Positions 19,773-30,720 of a stretch of DNA of 64,000 nt are shown piece by piece. The notes beneath the pieces are model-generated. The model had not been told where the DNA came from. It worked only from the letters and a program-made list of their open reading frames with translations, and searched no databases. The translations under genes and the position numbers were made by a program. Where the stretch lies: positions 128,001 to 192,000 of the forward strand of contig CAWFQB010000011.1 of assembly GCA_963817895.1 (NCBI GenBank), given 5' to 3'. This DNA comes from an uncultured Chthonomonadaceae bacterium (lineage in GTDB: Bacteria > Armatimonadota > Chthonomonadetes > Chthonomonadales > Chthonomonadaceae). The first letter of the stretch is position 1; the number at the start of each line of letters is the position of its first letter.

Positions 19773-21075
19773 ATGAAATACTCTCGCCCGCCTTATACCT
19801 ATGATGTGCTGCCAGTTGCGCCGCCGAAAGAGACGTGGCTGCAAACCGCGAAATGGCGCTATGTCGAGGGCGTGTTTCGCGATACGTGCCGACGTTTCGG
19901 TTACCGGGAAATACGTACGCCAATTCTGGAACTCACCGACCTGTTCAAGCGAACCGTTGGCGAAGCGACGGATATTGTCAGCAAGGAGATGTTTACCTTT
20001 GTACGCGAGGGCAGCGACCGCAGCCTGACCATGAAACCGGAAGGCACGGCTCCGGTTGTCCGCGCCTGTATTCAGGAAAATCTGCTTGTGGATAACCCTG
20101 TCTTGAAAATGTACTACATCGGGCAGAATTTTCGTTACGAGCGCGGGCAGGTGGGGCGTTATCGGCAGCACCAGCAACTTGGCGTGGAAGCGTTCGGCGC
20201 GTCAGACCCGGCTATTGACGCGGAAGTGATCACGCTTGCCATGAGTTTCTACCGGATGCTCGGCGTAACCGAAATGGAATTGCGCGTGAATTCTGTCGGT
20301 ACGCCCGACTCGCGTGTCCGGTTACAAACAGGCGTTGCGCGATTTTGTCCGCCCGTTTCTGAGCGAAATGAGCGAGGAGGGGCAGTACCGTTTTGAAGCC
20401 AATCCGCTGCGGATGCTTGACACTAAAAACCCGAACGACCTCCGCCTCCTGCAAAACGCTCCCAAAATGACCGAGTTTCTGGACGCCGACTCGCAAACGC
20501 ACTTCGACAAGCTACAGGCGTACCTGACCGCGCTGGATGTGCCGTTCGTGATTGATCCGACACTGGTGCGCGGCTTCGACTATTATACCAAAACCGCCTT
20601 TGAAATCAAGGGCAAGAATTTAGGGGCACAGGACGCATTGGGCGGCGGGGGAAGGTACGACGGCCTGATTGCCGAATGTGGCGGCCCGCCCACGCCGGGT
20701 ATCGGCTTCGGGCTGGGCATGGAACGGTGCTTGATTACATTGGAAGCGCTTGGCATCACATTGCCGGTTGAGGAGGAAAGCCCGGTCGCGTTTTTAATCA
20801 CGCTTGGCGATGAAGCCATCACGCGCCCCGTCGCGGTGAAACTGTTGGGACAACTGCGACAGGCGGGAATCGCGTCCGATATGGACTACAAGGGCGGCAA
20901 TTTCAAGAAACAGATCAAACGCGCCGATGACATGGGCGCGAAATATGCGATTCTGGTGGGCGATCAGGAAGTGGCGCGGGGAGTAGTGTCCATTCGCGAC
21001 CAGAGCACCAAAGCGCAGCGCGAAGTCAGTCTGGAACACGTCGCGCGGGAACTCGGCACGGCAGGGGAGATTTAA
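19773..21075 (+). CDS. hisS: Histidine--tRNA ligase, frameshift near 20315
   Basis: EIRTPILE, VSKEMFTF, PEGTAP, FRYERGQVGRYRQH.Q.G.E, LVRGFDYY, GGGGRYDGL, GFGLG.ER. Confidence 0.97.
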
Positions 21076-22001
21076 CCCGCTTTTTTCTGCTGCAATCGCG
21101 CCTGTTCCTGCTGCAAGTGGAGGGCGCGATCCATCAAAAAGTGGTGCGCGTTGAGGGGAACGGCCTGTAACAGCAACTGCGTCCCCTGTCCGTTGGGGCG
21201 GGCGACAAAGCATGTCGGCCTGGACAGGGGCAGGCCGAGCAGGTTGTCGGCGGTCCAGATAAGCGGCTGCCGGAACTTGATGGCGCGGTACGAGTAGCCC
21301 TTCACTTCCAGTATGCTGTTCTGGCGCGGAAAGCGGCTCAATGGGTCGAGAAGCGTGGGCTGGTCGTCGGACGCGCCTTCGGGACGGGCGAGAAACTTGG
21401 CCCACACTTTGGCGCGGACGGCGCGCGGATCAAAAAAGAGCTGCTGCTGATCCAGTTCGGGCGTGAAGTCCAGGCGGGCGAGAAAATAGGGGAATGGGAA
21501 GCGGACGTAGCGGCGCAGGCCGTAAAACGCTCCCGAAGGCGTCACGCCTAATACGTCCGCCATTTCCCAGATGTTCAGGCCGAACTGACGGGCGCGTTCG
21601 CGCAGGATTTCGGGCGGCATGGCGACGGCATACGCGAACGCATCCGCCATACGGCGCGGACTCTCCACGCCATGCAGTTCCCGCCAACTGTTCCACCATC
21701 CAACCCGCGCCTCGCACCGCCGAAAAATAAGCGTAAACAATCCCTGCAATATGCGGATGTTCTGGCGGGCGTCGCGCTGCGCTGCCAGATGTATCTGCCA
21801 CTGCCTGCTGACCGGATCGCAATCCAGCGTGACCGGTTCCACCACCGCTTCGTGGCGCAACAGGGCAATGTCGAAAATTTGCAGCAGGTCCAGCAGGGAA
21901 GAACCCAGCGGCGAGGCAAGGCCGAACCGCTGCCGGAACTCCTGCGCTATCCGCTCGGCCATTGCCGCAGGCGACATAACAGGCCATGCTCGCGCTTCCA
22001 T
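21072..22001 (-). CDS. ImmA/IrrE-like protein lacking the HExxH motif
   Basis: AERIAQEFRQRFGL..P...LLQIFDI, W.IHL, RMADAFAYAVAMP, MADVLGVT; GGAAGG RBS before ATG 22001. Confidence 0.55.
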   Translation of the reverse strand: MEARAWPVMSPAAMAERIAQEFRQRFGLASPLGSSLLDLLQIFDIALLRHEAVVEPVTLDCDPVSRQWQIHLAAQRDARQNIRILQGLFTLIFRRCEARVGWWNSWRELHGVESPRRMADAFAYAVAMPPEILRERARQFGLNIWEMADVLGVTPSGAFYGLRRYVRFPFPYFLARLDFTPELDQQQLFFDPRAVRAKVWAKFLARPEGASDDQPTLLDPLSRFPRQNSILEVKGYSYRAIKFRQPLIWTADNLLGLPLSRPTCFVARPNGQGTQLLLQAVPLNAHHFLMDRALHLQQEQARLQQKKAG

Positions 22002-22303
22002 CCGCCTTCCGATCTGTAAGCAAAATCCTTCCAGCGGTTCCCCCGCCGAACTGTCCGGTATCACTTCCTGCCTGATTACGCTTTCAACAGCAATAATGAA
22101 AGATTGATTCTCTTGCGCTTCCAAAACTCTATCCTGTACGACATCTGTATTCTGAATATGCCCGCACAAACGCCTGCAATACATTCACAATGTAGACATA
22201 AAGGAACTATTCAGTAGATTATCGTACCACAGGTTCAGGATTAAAGCGAATCAAATTTGATACCAGAGACACTCTCTATTGGCCCATAAAAAGTGAATAG
22301 TTA

Positions 22304-22363
22304 CGTAGGGGCGTTGCTTGCTGCGCCTTACTCTGAAAAGGGTTCAGCAAGCAAAACCCCTAC
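22304..22363. repeat. GTAG-type REP doublet
   Basis: GTAGGGGCGTTGCTTGCTGCGCC ... GGGTTCAGCAAGCAAAACCCCTAC. Confidence 0.8.
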
Positions 22364-22407
22364 AACATACTTTTCGCGCTATATTGACAAATTCGTAAAA
22401 CCAAATA

Positions 22408-22455
22408 GCCCCTCTCCTGGCGCGTTGCGCGGCCAGGAGAGGGGTTGGGGTGAGG
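22408..22455. repeat. CCCTCTCC...GGAGAGGGG.TGGGGTGAGG palindromic element
   Basis: Same family as the copies at 19452, 19705, 28744 and 55437. Confidence 0.88.
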
Positions 22456-22472
22456 TGAAAAACCTTAATGCT

Positions 22473-23135
22473 TCAGAAACGCCCGTAGGGGTTGAACGGG
22501 TCGCTCACATCGTGGCTACGCGGCTGACGCTGGCTTTCCATACGGTCGCGCATCCGCTGCATATCGGAGCGCATCCGTTCAACCGTTTCCTGTTGACGGA
22601 GCATCATGTTGTCTGTTTGCAACTGTAACAGACGCTGCTGTTGAAACATGAATTCCTGATGTTGCCGTCCGCGTTCGGCAACGGGATCGAACATGGGGTA
22701 CACCGGCATGGCCGGCACGTAAATGGGCTGCGACGGAGTACGGACTTCGACATTGATGATTTGTGGCTGCGGCGACACAACCCGAATCTCAGCAGTGGGT
22801 TGTGACTGCTGCGCTTCCGCCAACTGCGCCTGCAACGCGGCGATTTCCGCCTGCTGGCGGGCGCTGCGCCGTTCGCGCAAGATCATGCCAAACAGCATCA
22901 GGCCGAGCAACGCGCTTACGCCCAACAAACACGCGGCGACTTCCAGAGCGCGCGAAGGGGCAGGGGATTGCGGGGATGGCGGCACTGGCGAGTAGTAATG
23001 CGCGGGTGCCGGGTGTGGGGCATTGGGTGTTGAGGCAGAAGGCGGCGCATGGGGCGGCACATAACCGCGATGGCGGCAACGCGCGCAATCCACATCCAGC
23101 GGCGACATCAGAAAACCACAATGGGGACACGTCAT
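22473..23135 (-). CDS. Hypothetical membrane protein with N-terminal zinc ribbon
   Basis: CPHC...CARC, Pro-rich linker, one TM helix, Gln-rich coiled coil; GAAAGGA RBS. Confidence 0.7.
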   Translation of the reverse strand: MTCPHCGFLMSPLDVDCARCRHRGYVPPHAPPSASTPNAPHPAPAHYYSPVPPSPQSPAPSRALEVAACLLGVSALLGLMLFGMILRERRSARQQAEIAALQAQLAEAQQSQPTAEIRVVSPQPQIINVEVRTPSQPIYVPAMPVYPMFDPVAERGRQHQEFMFQQQRLLQLQTDNMMLRQQETVERMRSDMQRMRDRMESQRQPRSHDVSDPFNPYGRF

Positions 23136-23245
23136 GGGATCACGTCCTTTCGCGAAACGAGAAGCGCGTCACAACGAACATGAGTCGTGTTGCTTCGACC
23201 ACGAATACGCGCATTATAACACAGTCTGCGCGTCCTGACAAGTCG

Positions 23246-23275
23246 TTGACACAATAAAAGCGCATGGGCTATACT
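23246..23275 (+). promoter_or_regulatory. Sigma70-type promoter for prs
   Basis: TTGACA-N18-TATACT. Confidence 0.55.
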
Positions 23276-23354
23276 TTGGTTGGAAAAGGAACTATCCGCC
23301 GCCGTTCATGCCGACGCGCGTGTTCCTGCAATTTGGGTGAAGAAGGGACGCGCA

Positions 23355-24338
23355 TTGAATCACAACCAACCGGGCGCAAGCAACCAGAACAGTGAAGTGA
23401 AGATATTTGCCGGACCGGGCAACCCCGCGCTTGCGCAGTCCGTCGCGGAATGGCTCGGCCTTCCACTCGGAAAAATGCACTACAGCCAGTTTGCGGACGG
23501 AGAAAACTACGTGCGCTTCGACGAGAGCGTTCGTGGCACGGACGCCTATATCATTCAGCCGACCTGCTCGCCCGTAGATACCAACCTCATGGTGCTTCTG
23601 TCCGCGATTGACGCCCTGCGCCGAGCCAGCACATGGCGCATCACGGCTGTTCTCCCCTATTATGGCTACGCCCGTCAGGAGAAGAAAGTCCTGCCCCGCG
23701 AACCCATTACGGCCAAACTGGTTGCCGACCTGATCGAAACGGCGGGGGCGCATCGCGTGATGTGTCTGGATTTACACGCCGACACCATTCAGGGCTTTTT
23801 CAACATTCCCGTAGATCATCTGGAAGCCGTCAACCTGTTCACCGACTACTTCGGCGCGAAATGGCAGAACGGTATGGACGATATTGTTGTCGTGTCGCCG
23901 GACGAGGGGCGCGTGAAAAAAGTGCGCAAAGTGGTGCAAACGCTCAAAGCCCCGCTTGCCGTCGGTTACAAACACCATCCGGGCCACATGGTTTCGGAAG
24001 TCACTCACCTTGCCGGCGACGTGCGGGGCAAAATTCCCGTTATTGTTGAGGACATGATTACTACGGGCGGCAGCATCATTCAGGCCGTTGACGCCCTCCT
24101 CGCGCACGGCTGCCGCCCCGAAATCTACATTGCCGCCACGCACGGCATTTTAGCCCGTAACGCCGTCGAGCGCATCTGCTCCCGCCCCGAAGTGGCCGAA
24201 GTGGTCATTACAGACAGCGTTCCCCTGCCGCCCGAAAAGCATCACCCCAAAATCACTGTCCTTTCCGTCGCCTCCCTCTTCGGCGAAGCCATCCACCGCG
24301 CCAGCAATGATCTGTCTATTACCAGTTTGTTTGACTGA
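23355..24338 (+). CDS. prs: Ribose-phosphate pyrophosphokinase
   Basis: FADGE, ESVRG, PYYGYARQE, DLHA..IQGFF, VVSPD.G, VEDMITTGGS, ATHG. Confidence 0.95.
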   Translation: MNHNQPGASNQNSEVKIFAGPGNPALAQSVAEWLGLPLGKMHYSQFADGENYVRFDESVRGTDAYIIQPTCSPVDTNLMVLLSAIDALRRASTWRITAVLPYYGYARQEKKVLPREPITAKLVADLIETAGAHRVMCLDLHADTIQGFFNIPVDHLEAVNLFTDYFGAKWQNGMDDIVVVSPDEGRVKKVRKVVQTLKAPLAVGYKHHPGHMVSEVTHLAGDVRGKIPVIVEDMITTGGSIIQAVDALLAHGCRPEIYIAATHGILARNAVERICSRPEVAEVVITDSVPLPPEKHHPKITVLSVASLFGEAIHRASNDLSITSLFD

Positions 24339-24487
24339 GCCGAAAGGATAATTTAACACAATCTTAATTCGTCCGGCGACAGCAAACGCCTCAATTCTTC
24401 GAGAAATATCTTATACTATAGTTGCGCGGTGTCGGCGTTGCTGCACCGTTGCCATATCTGCTGTCATTCTCCTCGAAAGGATCACCC

Positions 24488-25277
24488 TTGAACAAGTTGT
24501 TCCCGCCTGCGACGCCAAATCGTCGCTCCGGCTTCACCCTGATTGAATTGCTCGTCGTCATCGCGATCATCGCGATTCTTGCCGCCATTTTGTTCCCCGT
24601 CTTTGCGCAAGCGCGCGAGAAAGCCCGCCAGGCAAGCTGCCTGTCCAATATGAAGCAGATTGGCACGGCGACCCTGATGTATGTGCAGGACTATGACGAG
24701 TCGTATGCCAACGAAGGCGGATACCAAACTCCGCTTTACTTTCAGCCGACGGCAGACAACACGCCCTTGCGCGATATTCAGCCCTACGCCAAAAACTATG
24801 ACCTTTACAAATGTCCCAGCAATTCCAGCTTCATCTCGCTGACACCGGCAACCCCGCACAAGGAATACCGGGCTGCCATCCTGCCAAGCGGAGTGATTTT
24901 CGGCGTACAGTGCAAGTACCAGCAGTTCGGGGGGCGCTGCGGCATGAGCATCGCCGGCATTTTGCAGCCCTCTTCCATCGTTATGATGCGCGACCATCAT
25001 GACAGCTTCGATGCCGACATTATGCGCCCGATATACAACAGCGCCGACCACTATTACTACGCCGTTGCCGACGCCGCGCCCTGCCTCCACCTGGGGCATT
25101 CACTCCGAGGGCAACTGCCTGATCTTCTCCGACGGCCATGCCAAGTGGAAAAAGACGATTGCCCTGACCCCCCGCGACTTTGGTCTGGGCAGTTTGGGCG
25201 CGCAAAGCGCGGATCAGGGCAACCTCACCGGCAATGAGCCGGGGTTGCCGATTGACCCCACTCTCGTCAGTCAGTAA
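24488..25277 (+). CDS. DUF1559 prepilin-type N-terminal cleavage / H-X9-DG protein, frameshifted
   Basis: [56 protein letters not shown] in the shifted frame. Confidence 0.92.
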
Positions 25278-25302
25278 TCTATAAGCGCGATTGTTCAAGA
25301 AA

Positions 25303-25331
25303 GAAGCGGAAGCCCGGACGGCTTCCGCTTC
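25303..25331 (+). terminator. Intrinsic terminator-like hairpin
   Basis: GAAGCGGAAGCC-N5-GGCTTCCGCTTC just after the stop codon. Confidence 0.65.
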
Positions 25332-25548
25332 CTTGCGTTTCAGGGCAAATTCACAGACGGCACGTTTTGCTAAATTTTCCCGTCGCGCTTCCCGATACAT
25401 AGGAAAGGATGAAGGATGAGGGATGAAGGATGAACCTGCCCTCCTTCTCAAAACTGTGTTCATCTCAAAGATGTGTATGAACATCGGCTATGCTTTACCA
25501 AGTCGTATGCCTTCATCCCTCATCCCTCATCCTTTGCCGGAGGCGCGC

Positions 25549-27996
25549 ATGAACATGGTGGAAGAACGGCCCCGACGGGCAATGGCGGACGCGGCGCAGA
25601 AATCGCCCGCAGAGCCGGATATGTGGACGCGACCCTGGTCTGTCCTGATACACGGTCAACGGTGCCATATTTCGCTAACCAATGTGGCCGGGCGCGTATA
25701 TCCCGCCGTGCATAACAATTTTATGGTTCAGATGCTTGGTATCGCGCCCCACGAGCAAGTTCTCGACATTGGCGGCGGGGATGCCCCTTTCGGACGCGCC
25801 AATGTGGTCACGGACGCTTTTCCCGATATGAACGCGCACCGGAGCGGGCGGGCGGCGCGGGTGGATGTGGGAAGTGAAACGGGCGTCACGTTCGTACCCT
25901 GCTTTGCCGAAGAGCTGCCGTTTGCCGACCACGCTTTTGATGTGGCGTACTGCCGCATGGTGCTGGAACATGTGCTGGACCCCGCCGCCGCCTGCCGGGA
26001 AATGATGCGCGTGGCAAAGCGTGGTTTTCTGGAAACCCCCTCGCCCCTCGCGGAGTATCTGGGCGGCCATCCCACGCATCGCTGGATCGTGTGGGTAGAG
26101 CGCCTGCCCGGCCAACTCCCCACGCTCGTATTTCGGCGCAAGCCGTTTCGCCGCGCGCCGCTTGGCTACGCCCTGCGCGGGGCGTGGTTTCAGGACGAGG
26201 CGTTTCAGTTCCGATGGGAATGGCAGTACCGCAATGTGGTTTGTACGCAGTTGGCCTGGGAGGGGGAGTTCGCGTTCCGGGTTGAGGCAGATGGGGACGG
26301 CATTGATTACGACGATCCCGCGCAGGCGGCGGAAGCGCATCTGGATGCCGCGCTGTGTTCGCTGCACTGGGGCGACGTGCCGATCAATGTGATTTTGCCC
26401 GACATAGATTACGCCCTGTCGCTACGTCCCGAATGGGCGCTGGCGCACAACACGCGCGGCGTCGCCCTGTGGCGCGAACAGCGTTTTGCCGAAGCCTGCC
26501 AATCATTCGCGCAAGCTACCCAATCAGACCCGAACCATCCCGATTTTGAGCGCAACGCAGCCTTAACCCCTGCCACTCTCACCGCCACGCCGCCCGTCAT
26601 GGTAATGCTGGAGGAAGCCGAAGGCAACGCGCCCCGTCCCGAATTCCCCCTCTGCGCCGTTACGCCCCCGCAGATTGACCACGACGTTCGCCTGCTGCTA
26701 AACCTGCCTCCCGCGCCCGCCCGTGTAGCGCATTCACTTTATGCCCGATTGAAAGGGAAGGACAAGGAGAAGTGGAGAAAAGGAGAAGAGGAGACAGGGA
26801 GACAGGAAGACATACAATCGGCAATCGACAATCGGCAATCGGCAATGGAATCATCCCTCATCCCTCATCCCTCATCCTTTGCCCTCACCTGGCATGCCCC
26901 CCTGCGCGATCCGAGCGGGTATGCGGACGAGGCTCGGCATTTTCTGTTCGCGCTGCATCAGGCGGGCGTGAAAGTGGCGGCGCGGGCCATTCGGTGGAGC
27001 GATAAAGTAACCGTTCTGCCTGCGGGACGCGAACGCATTTTGCAAACCCTGATGCGGCAGCCCGCGCAATCGGGAGCCATAAACGTTTGCCATATCCTCG
27101 CGCCCCTGTTTCAGCGGGACGCGACGGCAAAAGCGAACATAGGCCGCACGATGTTTGAAACCGACCGACTGCCGGCAGGATGGGCGGACGCCTGCAATCA
27201 GATGGATGCCATTTGGGTTCCGAGCCGGTTCAATGTGGAAACATTTGCCAACGCGGGCGTACAGCGGGACAAACTGCGCGTGGTTCCCGGCGCGATTGAC
27301 CTTGCGCCGTATAATCCCTCCTGCCCGCCCTTGCAAATTGACGGCGCGCGCGGTTTCAATTTCCTATCGGTGTTCGATTGGACGCTGCGCAAGGGATGGG
27401 ATGTGCTGATACGCGCGTTTGTGGAAGAGTTTCGCGCAGCGGAAGACGTCGCGCTGATTCTGAAAACGCACAGTTCGCTCGGCTACACAGGAACGCAGAT
27501 GCTGAATGTCGTCGCGTCCTACATTTCCGATACCCTGAAGCGCGACCTGAACCACATTCCCGACATTGTGCTGCAAGACGCGAATGTGCCGGACGCGCGT
27601 ATGCCCAACCTGTACCGGGCGGCGGACTGCTACGTGATGCCGTCGCGGGGCGAAGGGTGGGGGCGTCCGTACATGGAAGCGATGGCGATGGGCCTGCCCG
27701 TAATCGCGACCGGATGGAGCGGCCAAACGGAATTTATGAATGACGCAAACAGTTATATGCTGGATTATGAAGTGGTGGACGTGCCGGAAACCGCGTACCG
27801 CGAAACTCCAACCTATCAGGGCCACAAATGGGCCGAACCCTCCTGCAACCATCTGCGGCAACTGATGCGCCGCGCTTTTGAAGACCGCGCGGAAGGCCGA
27901 AATCTGGGCGAAGCCGCCCGCGCCCATCTGGAAACCCATTTCACTTACGCGCCCGTCGCCGCGAAGATTATGGAGGAAGTAGCCAGTAGTCAGTAG
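25549..27996 (+). CDS. SAM methyltransferase + TPR + GT4 glycosyltransferase fusion
   Basis: VLDIGGG...LPFADHAFD...VLEH; TPR AHNTRG..L; SGYADEAR, RTMFETD, WVPS.FN, RKGWD, PSRGEGWGRPYMEAMAMG. Confidence 0.9.
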   Translation: MNMVEERPRRAMADAAQKSPAEPDMWTRPWSVLIHGQRCHISLTNVAGRVYPAVHNNFMVQMLGIAPHEQVLDIGGGDAPFGRANVVTDAFPDMNAHRSGRAARVDVGSETGVTFVPCFAEELPFADHAFDVAYCRMVLEHVLDPAAACREMMRVAKRGFLETPSPLAEYLGGHPTHRWIVWVERLPGQLPTLVFRRKPFRRAPLGYALRGAWFQDEAFQFRWEWQYRNVVCTQLAWEGEFAFRVEADGDGIDYDDPAQAAEAHLDAALCSLHWGDVPINVILPDIDYALSLRPEWALAHNTRGVALWREQRFAEACQSFAQATQSDPNHPDFERNAALTPATLTATPPVMVMLEEAEGNAPRPEFPLCAVTPPQIDHDVRLLLNLPPAPARVAHSLYARLKGKDKEKWRKGEEETGRQEDIQSAIDNRQSAMESSLIPHPSSFALTWHAPLRDPSGYADEARHFLFALHQAGVKVAARAIRWSDKVTVLPAGRERILQTLMRQPAQSGAINVCHILAPLFQRDATAKANIGRTMFETDRLPAGWADACNQMDAIWVPSRFNVETFANAGVQRDKLRVVPGAIDLAPYNPSCPPLQIDGARGFNFLSVFDWTLRKGWDVLIRAFVEEFRAAEDVALILKTHSSLGYTGTQMLNVVASYISDTLKRDLNHIPDIVLQDANVPDARMPNLYRAADCYVMPSRGEGWGRPYMEAMAMGLPVIATGWSGQTEFMNDANSYMLDYEVVDVPETAYRETPTYQGHKWAEPSCNHLRQLMRRAFEDRAEGRNLGEAARAHLETHFTYAPVAAKIMEEVASSQ

Positions 27997-28064
27997 TCAG
28001 TAGAACCCCTTTCCTGTAAGATGTTACCGCGCTATATCTACGTTGCACAACCGGACACATTCTC

Positions 28065-28198
28065 GCCAGGGGTTGAAAACCCCTGTCTACATGGCCTACG
28101 GCCAAGCGTCCTTCGGACGCAAATGCTTATTTTCAGTGGATCGCGTCCGAAGGACGCTTGGCGGGACGCCACTCAGACGGGTATTTTCAATGCCCGGC
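28065..28198. repeat. Composite REP/BIME-like element
   Basis: GCCAGGGGTTGAAAACCCCTGTCTAC (reverse GTAG REP), perfect 20-bp IR 28101-28120/28143-28162, degenerate second REP 28175-28198; flanked by CAGTAGT and CCCCTGA heptamer runs. Confidence 0.85.
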
Positions 28199-28283
28199 AA
28201 CAAGGCTTGCGGTAGTGAAATTTTCGTAAGAAAGCGTTTCTACTGGCCCCTGACCCCTGATCCCTGACCCCTACGGAGTTTTT

Positions 28284-30683
28284 ATGCGCCTCCTCGTCGG
28301 ATATACCAATCAAATGCCGGAAGTTACCGGCAAGCGTCCCTTACCGGGCCGGGAAAACAATGCGGATGAGATTCTGGCGTTTGGGGCCGGATACGCGCAT
28401 CTGAATGTCACGCCGGACATGGACTGGCAGGGCATACAGGCGCAATTTCCCACTGGCTGGACGCCGGACGTTTACATCCACTGGAGTCCCGAATACAACC
28501 CGATTCCCGCCGGATTGCAGGACGCGGACTGTCTCACTGTGGGCGTTTTCGGGGATTGGAATTTAGGCGGGCAGGCGATGCGGGCGGTAGGCGGCATGTT
28601 CGATGTCCTGATTGCCGACCGGGTTGGCTGCGAACGCCTGCGCAACATGGAATTTACCAACGTCCTGCACGGCCTGCTATGGGCGCACGAATCGGACAAA
28701 CACCGCGTTCTGAACAATTACCGTGACCCGCGCGCAACGGAAAGCCCCTCTCCTGGCGAGGAACGAGCGGCCAGGAGAGGGGTTGGGGTGAGGTACTCCG
28801 AGCGCGACATAGACATTCTGATGATCGGCAACTTCAACCACGCCATACAATGGGAGCGGGCAAAATGGCTGGCGCGGGTAGCCCGCCTGTCGTCACGCTA
28901 CAAAGTCATGCTTACGAGCGGCGTATACGGGGATGAGTATGTCAAGTTGATGAACCGGGCGAAAATCGTGTTCAACCGCAGCATCCGGGGCGAAGCGAAC
29001 ATGCGGGCCTATGAAGCGCCCGCGTGTGGCGCATTGATGTTCTATGAGGCGGAAAACCGCGAAATTCAGGATGTCTATGTGGATCGCGAACACTGCGTTT
29101 TGTACGATGACAATACGCTGGAAAACTTGCTCGCCCACTATCTTGCGCCCGAAAACGCGGACGAACGCGAACGGATAGCCCAAAATGGCACTGCGCAGGT
29201 AGCGCAGCACGATTACGCGCATCATTTCGCCGACATTCTCAACCGATTAGAACCGTATGTCGCATCCCATAAGGTCGGAACCCTTCCCCCGCGCCCCTTC
29301 TGCCACCTTCCCACTTCGCGGCAAGCCCTTCATCTCGCCATCCACTGGCTGCTGACGTGCAATGTCGGCGTCTACGCGAAGGCGGAGGAATGGGTAAGAA
29401 AAGGAGAAGAGGAGACAGGGAGAAGAGGAGAAGAGATACGAGATACGAGATACGAGATACGAGTAGAGGAAAAAGGGAAAAGGGAAAAGGGAAAAGAAGA
29501 ATCTCTATCCAACTCCTCAACTCTCAACTCTCAACTCTCTCTGCGGTTCTTGCCGGGGAGATGGCGCGTTGCGCGGTCGCGCCCGATTATGCGCGGCGGT
29601 GCGCGCAACGGGCGATTGCGTTGGCGCGGCAGGTGACGCAAACAGAGCCGGAGTATTTGCTGGCGAGAGTCAATCTGGCGTATCTGTATCTGGCGGCGGG
29701 CTATGCGGCAGAGGGCGAGAAATCGTTGCGAGAAATCGAGGAACGGCTGCAAGCGCGGCTGGAAAGTTGGCAGATGCAGGGCGTCATCTTTCCGCGCTGT
29801 TTTCAGTGGTTCGATGTGGCGTTGGAGCGCATTTACGGCGAACATGCGCCCGCAAGCGAGACGTGGCGAAGCGAAATGCAGTCGCTGCTGACAGTCCGCG
29901 TTCATCTGACGCTGGCCGAAATCACGCTTGCGCGGGGGCAATTCGCCGCAAGCGCGCGCTATGCGGAAACGGCAATGGGGGAAATGCCCCTGCTCGGCGA
30001 AGCGCGTTACGCCCGCGCCTGCGCCCTCCGCGCATTGGGACAGATAGAAGACGCCATTGCCGCGTATCAGGAGACTCTGGCCTGCGCGCCGTTTCACATC
30101 GAAGCGCGGGAAGCCCTCGCGCGCCTGTGCCTGGACGCGGAACGGTCCGCGCAGGCGCTAAACGGGCTGGAAGAGTGGCTGGCGATATTGAACGGCTGTC
30201 CCGTTTATGCCAATCTCATCCCCGCCACGCAAACCTTGCGGCGTCAGGCGCAGGCGATGTTGCGGCAACAGGCAAACGCAACGCCATCGAACAACGGTGT
30301 TAAACGTCTGCTGGCCCTGCCGGACTGGAACAGTCCTGCGGAATGGCAGGCATTGGCATGCGCCTTTGCCCACGCGTATACGCCCGAAGACCCGGTTCTG
30401 CTGATGCTGCGCGCCGACCCCGCCACTTCTCCCGACGCCCAATGCCCTGCTCCGGCAACTGGAACATTTCTTGCGTCAAGACCTGAACATGGCCACCGAC
30501 CGCCTGCCCAACATCACCCTGCTCAATCAGCCCCTTCCGCCCGCCGACTGCTGGAAACTGCTGCACGTCGCGGACGCGCTGATTGCCGACACTCTGCCCG
30601 TCTTCTGGCGCGAACTGGCGTACGCGCGCTGCCTGCCGGTTGTCTCAGTCGAAGAAGTTCAAAAACAATTTAGCCGCGAATGA
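28284..30683 (+). CDS. CgeB-like glycosyltransferase + TPR protein, frameshifted
   Basis: ERDIDILMIG, Y...MNRAKIVFNRS..GEANMR.YEA.ACG, RERIA.NG; TPR helices downstream. Confidence 0.8.
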
Positions 30684-30720
30684 ACGCGAATACACGCGAA
30701 TGTGATTAGAGGAAAATAAA

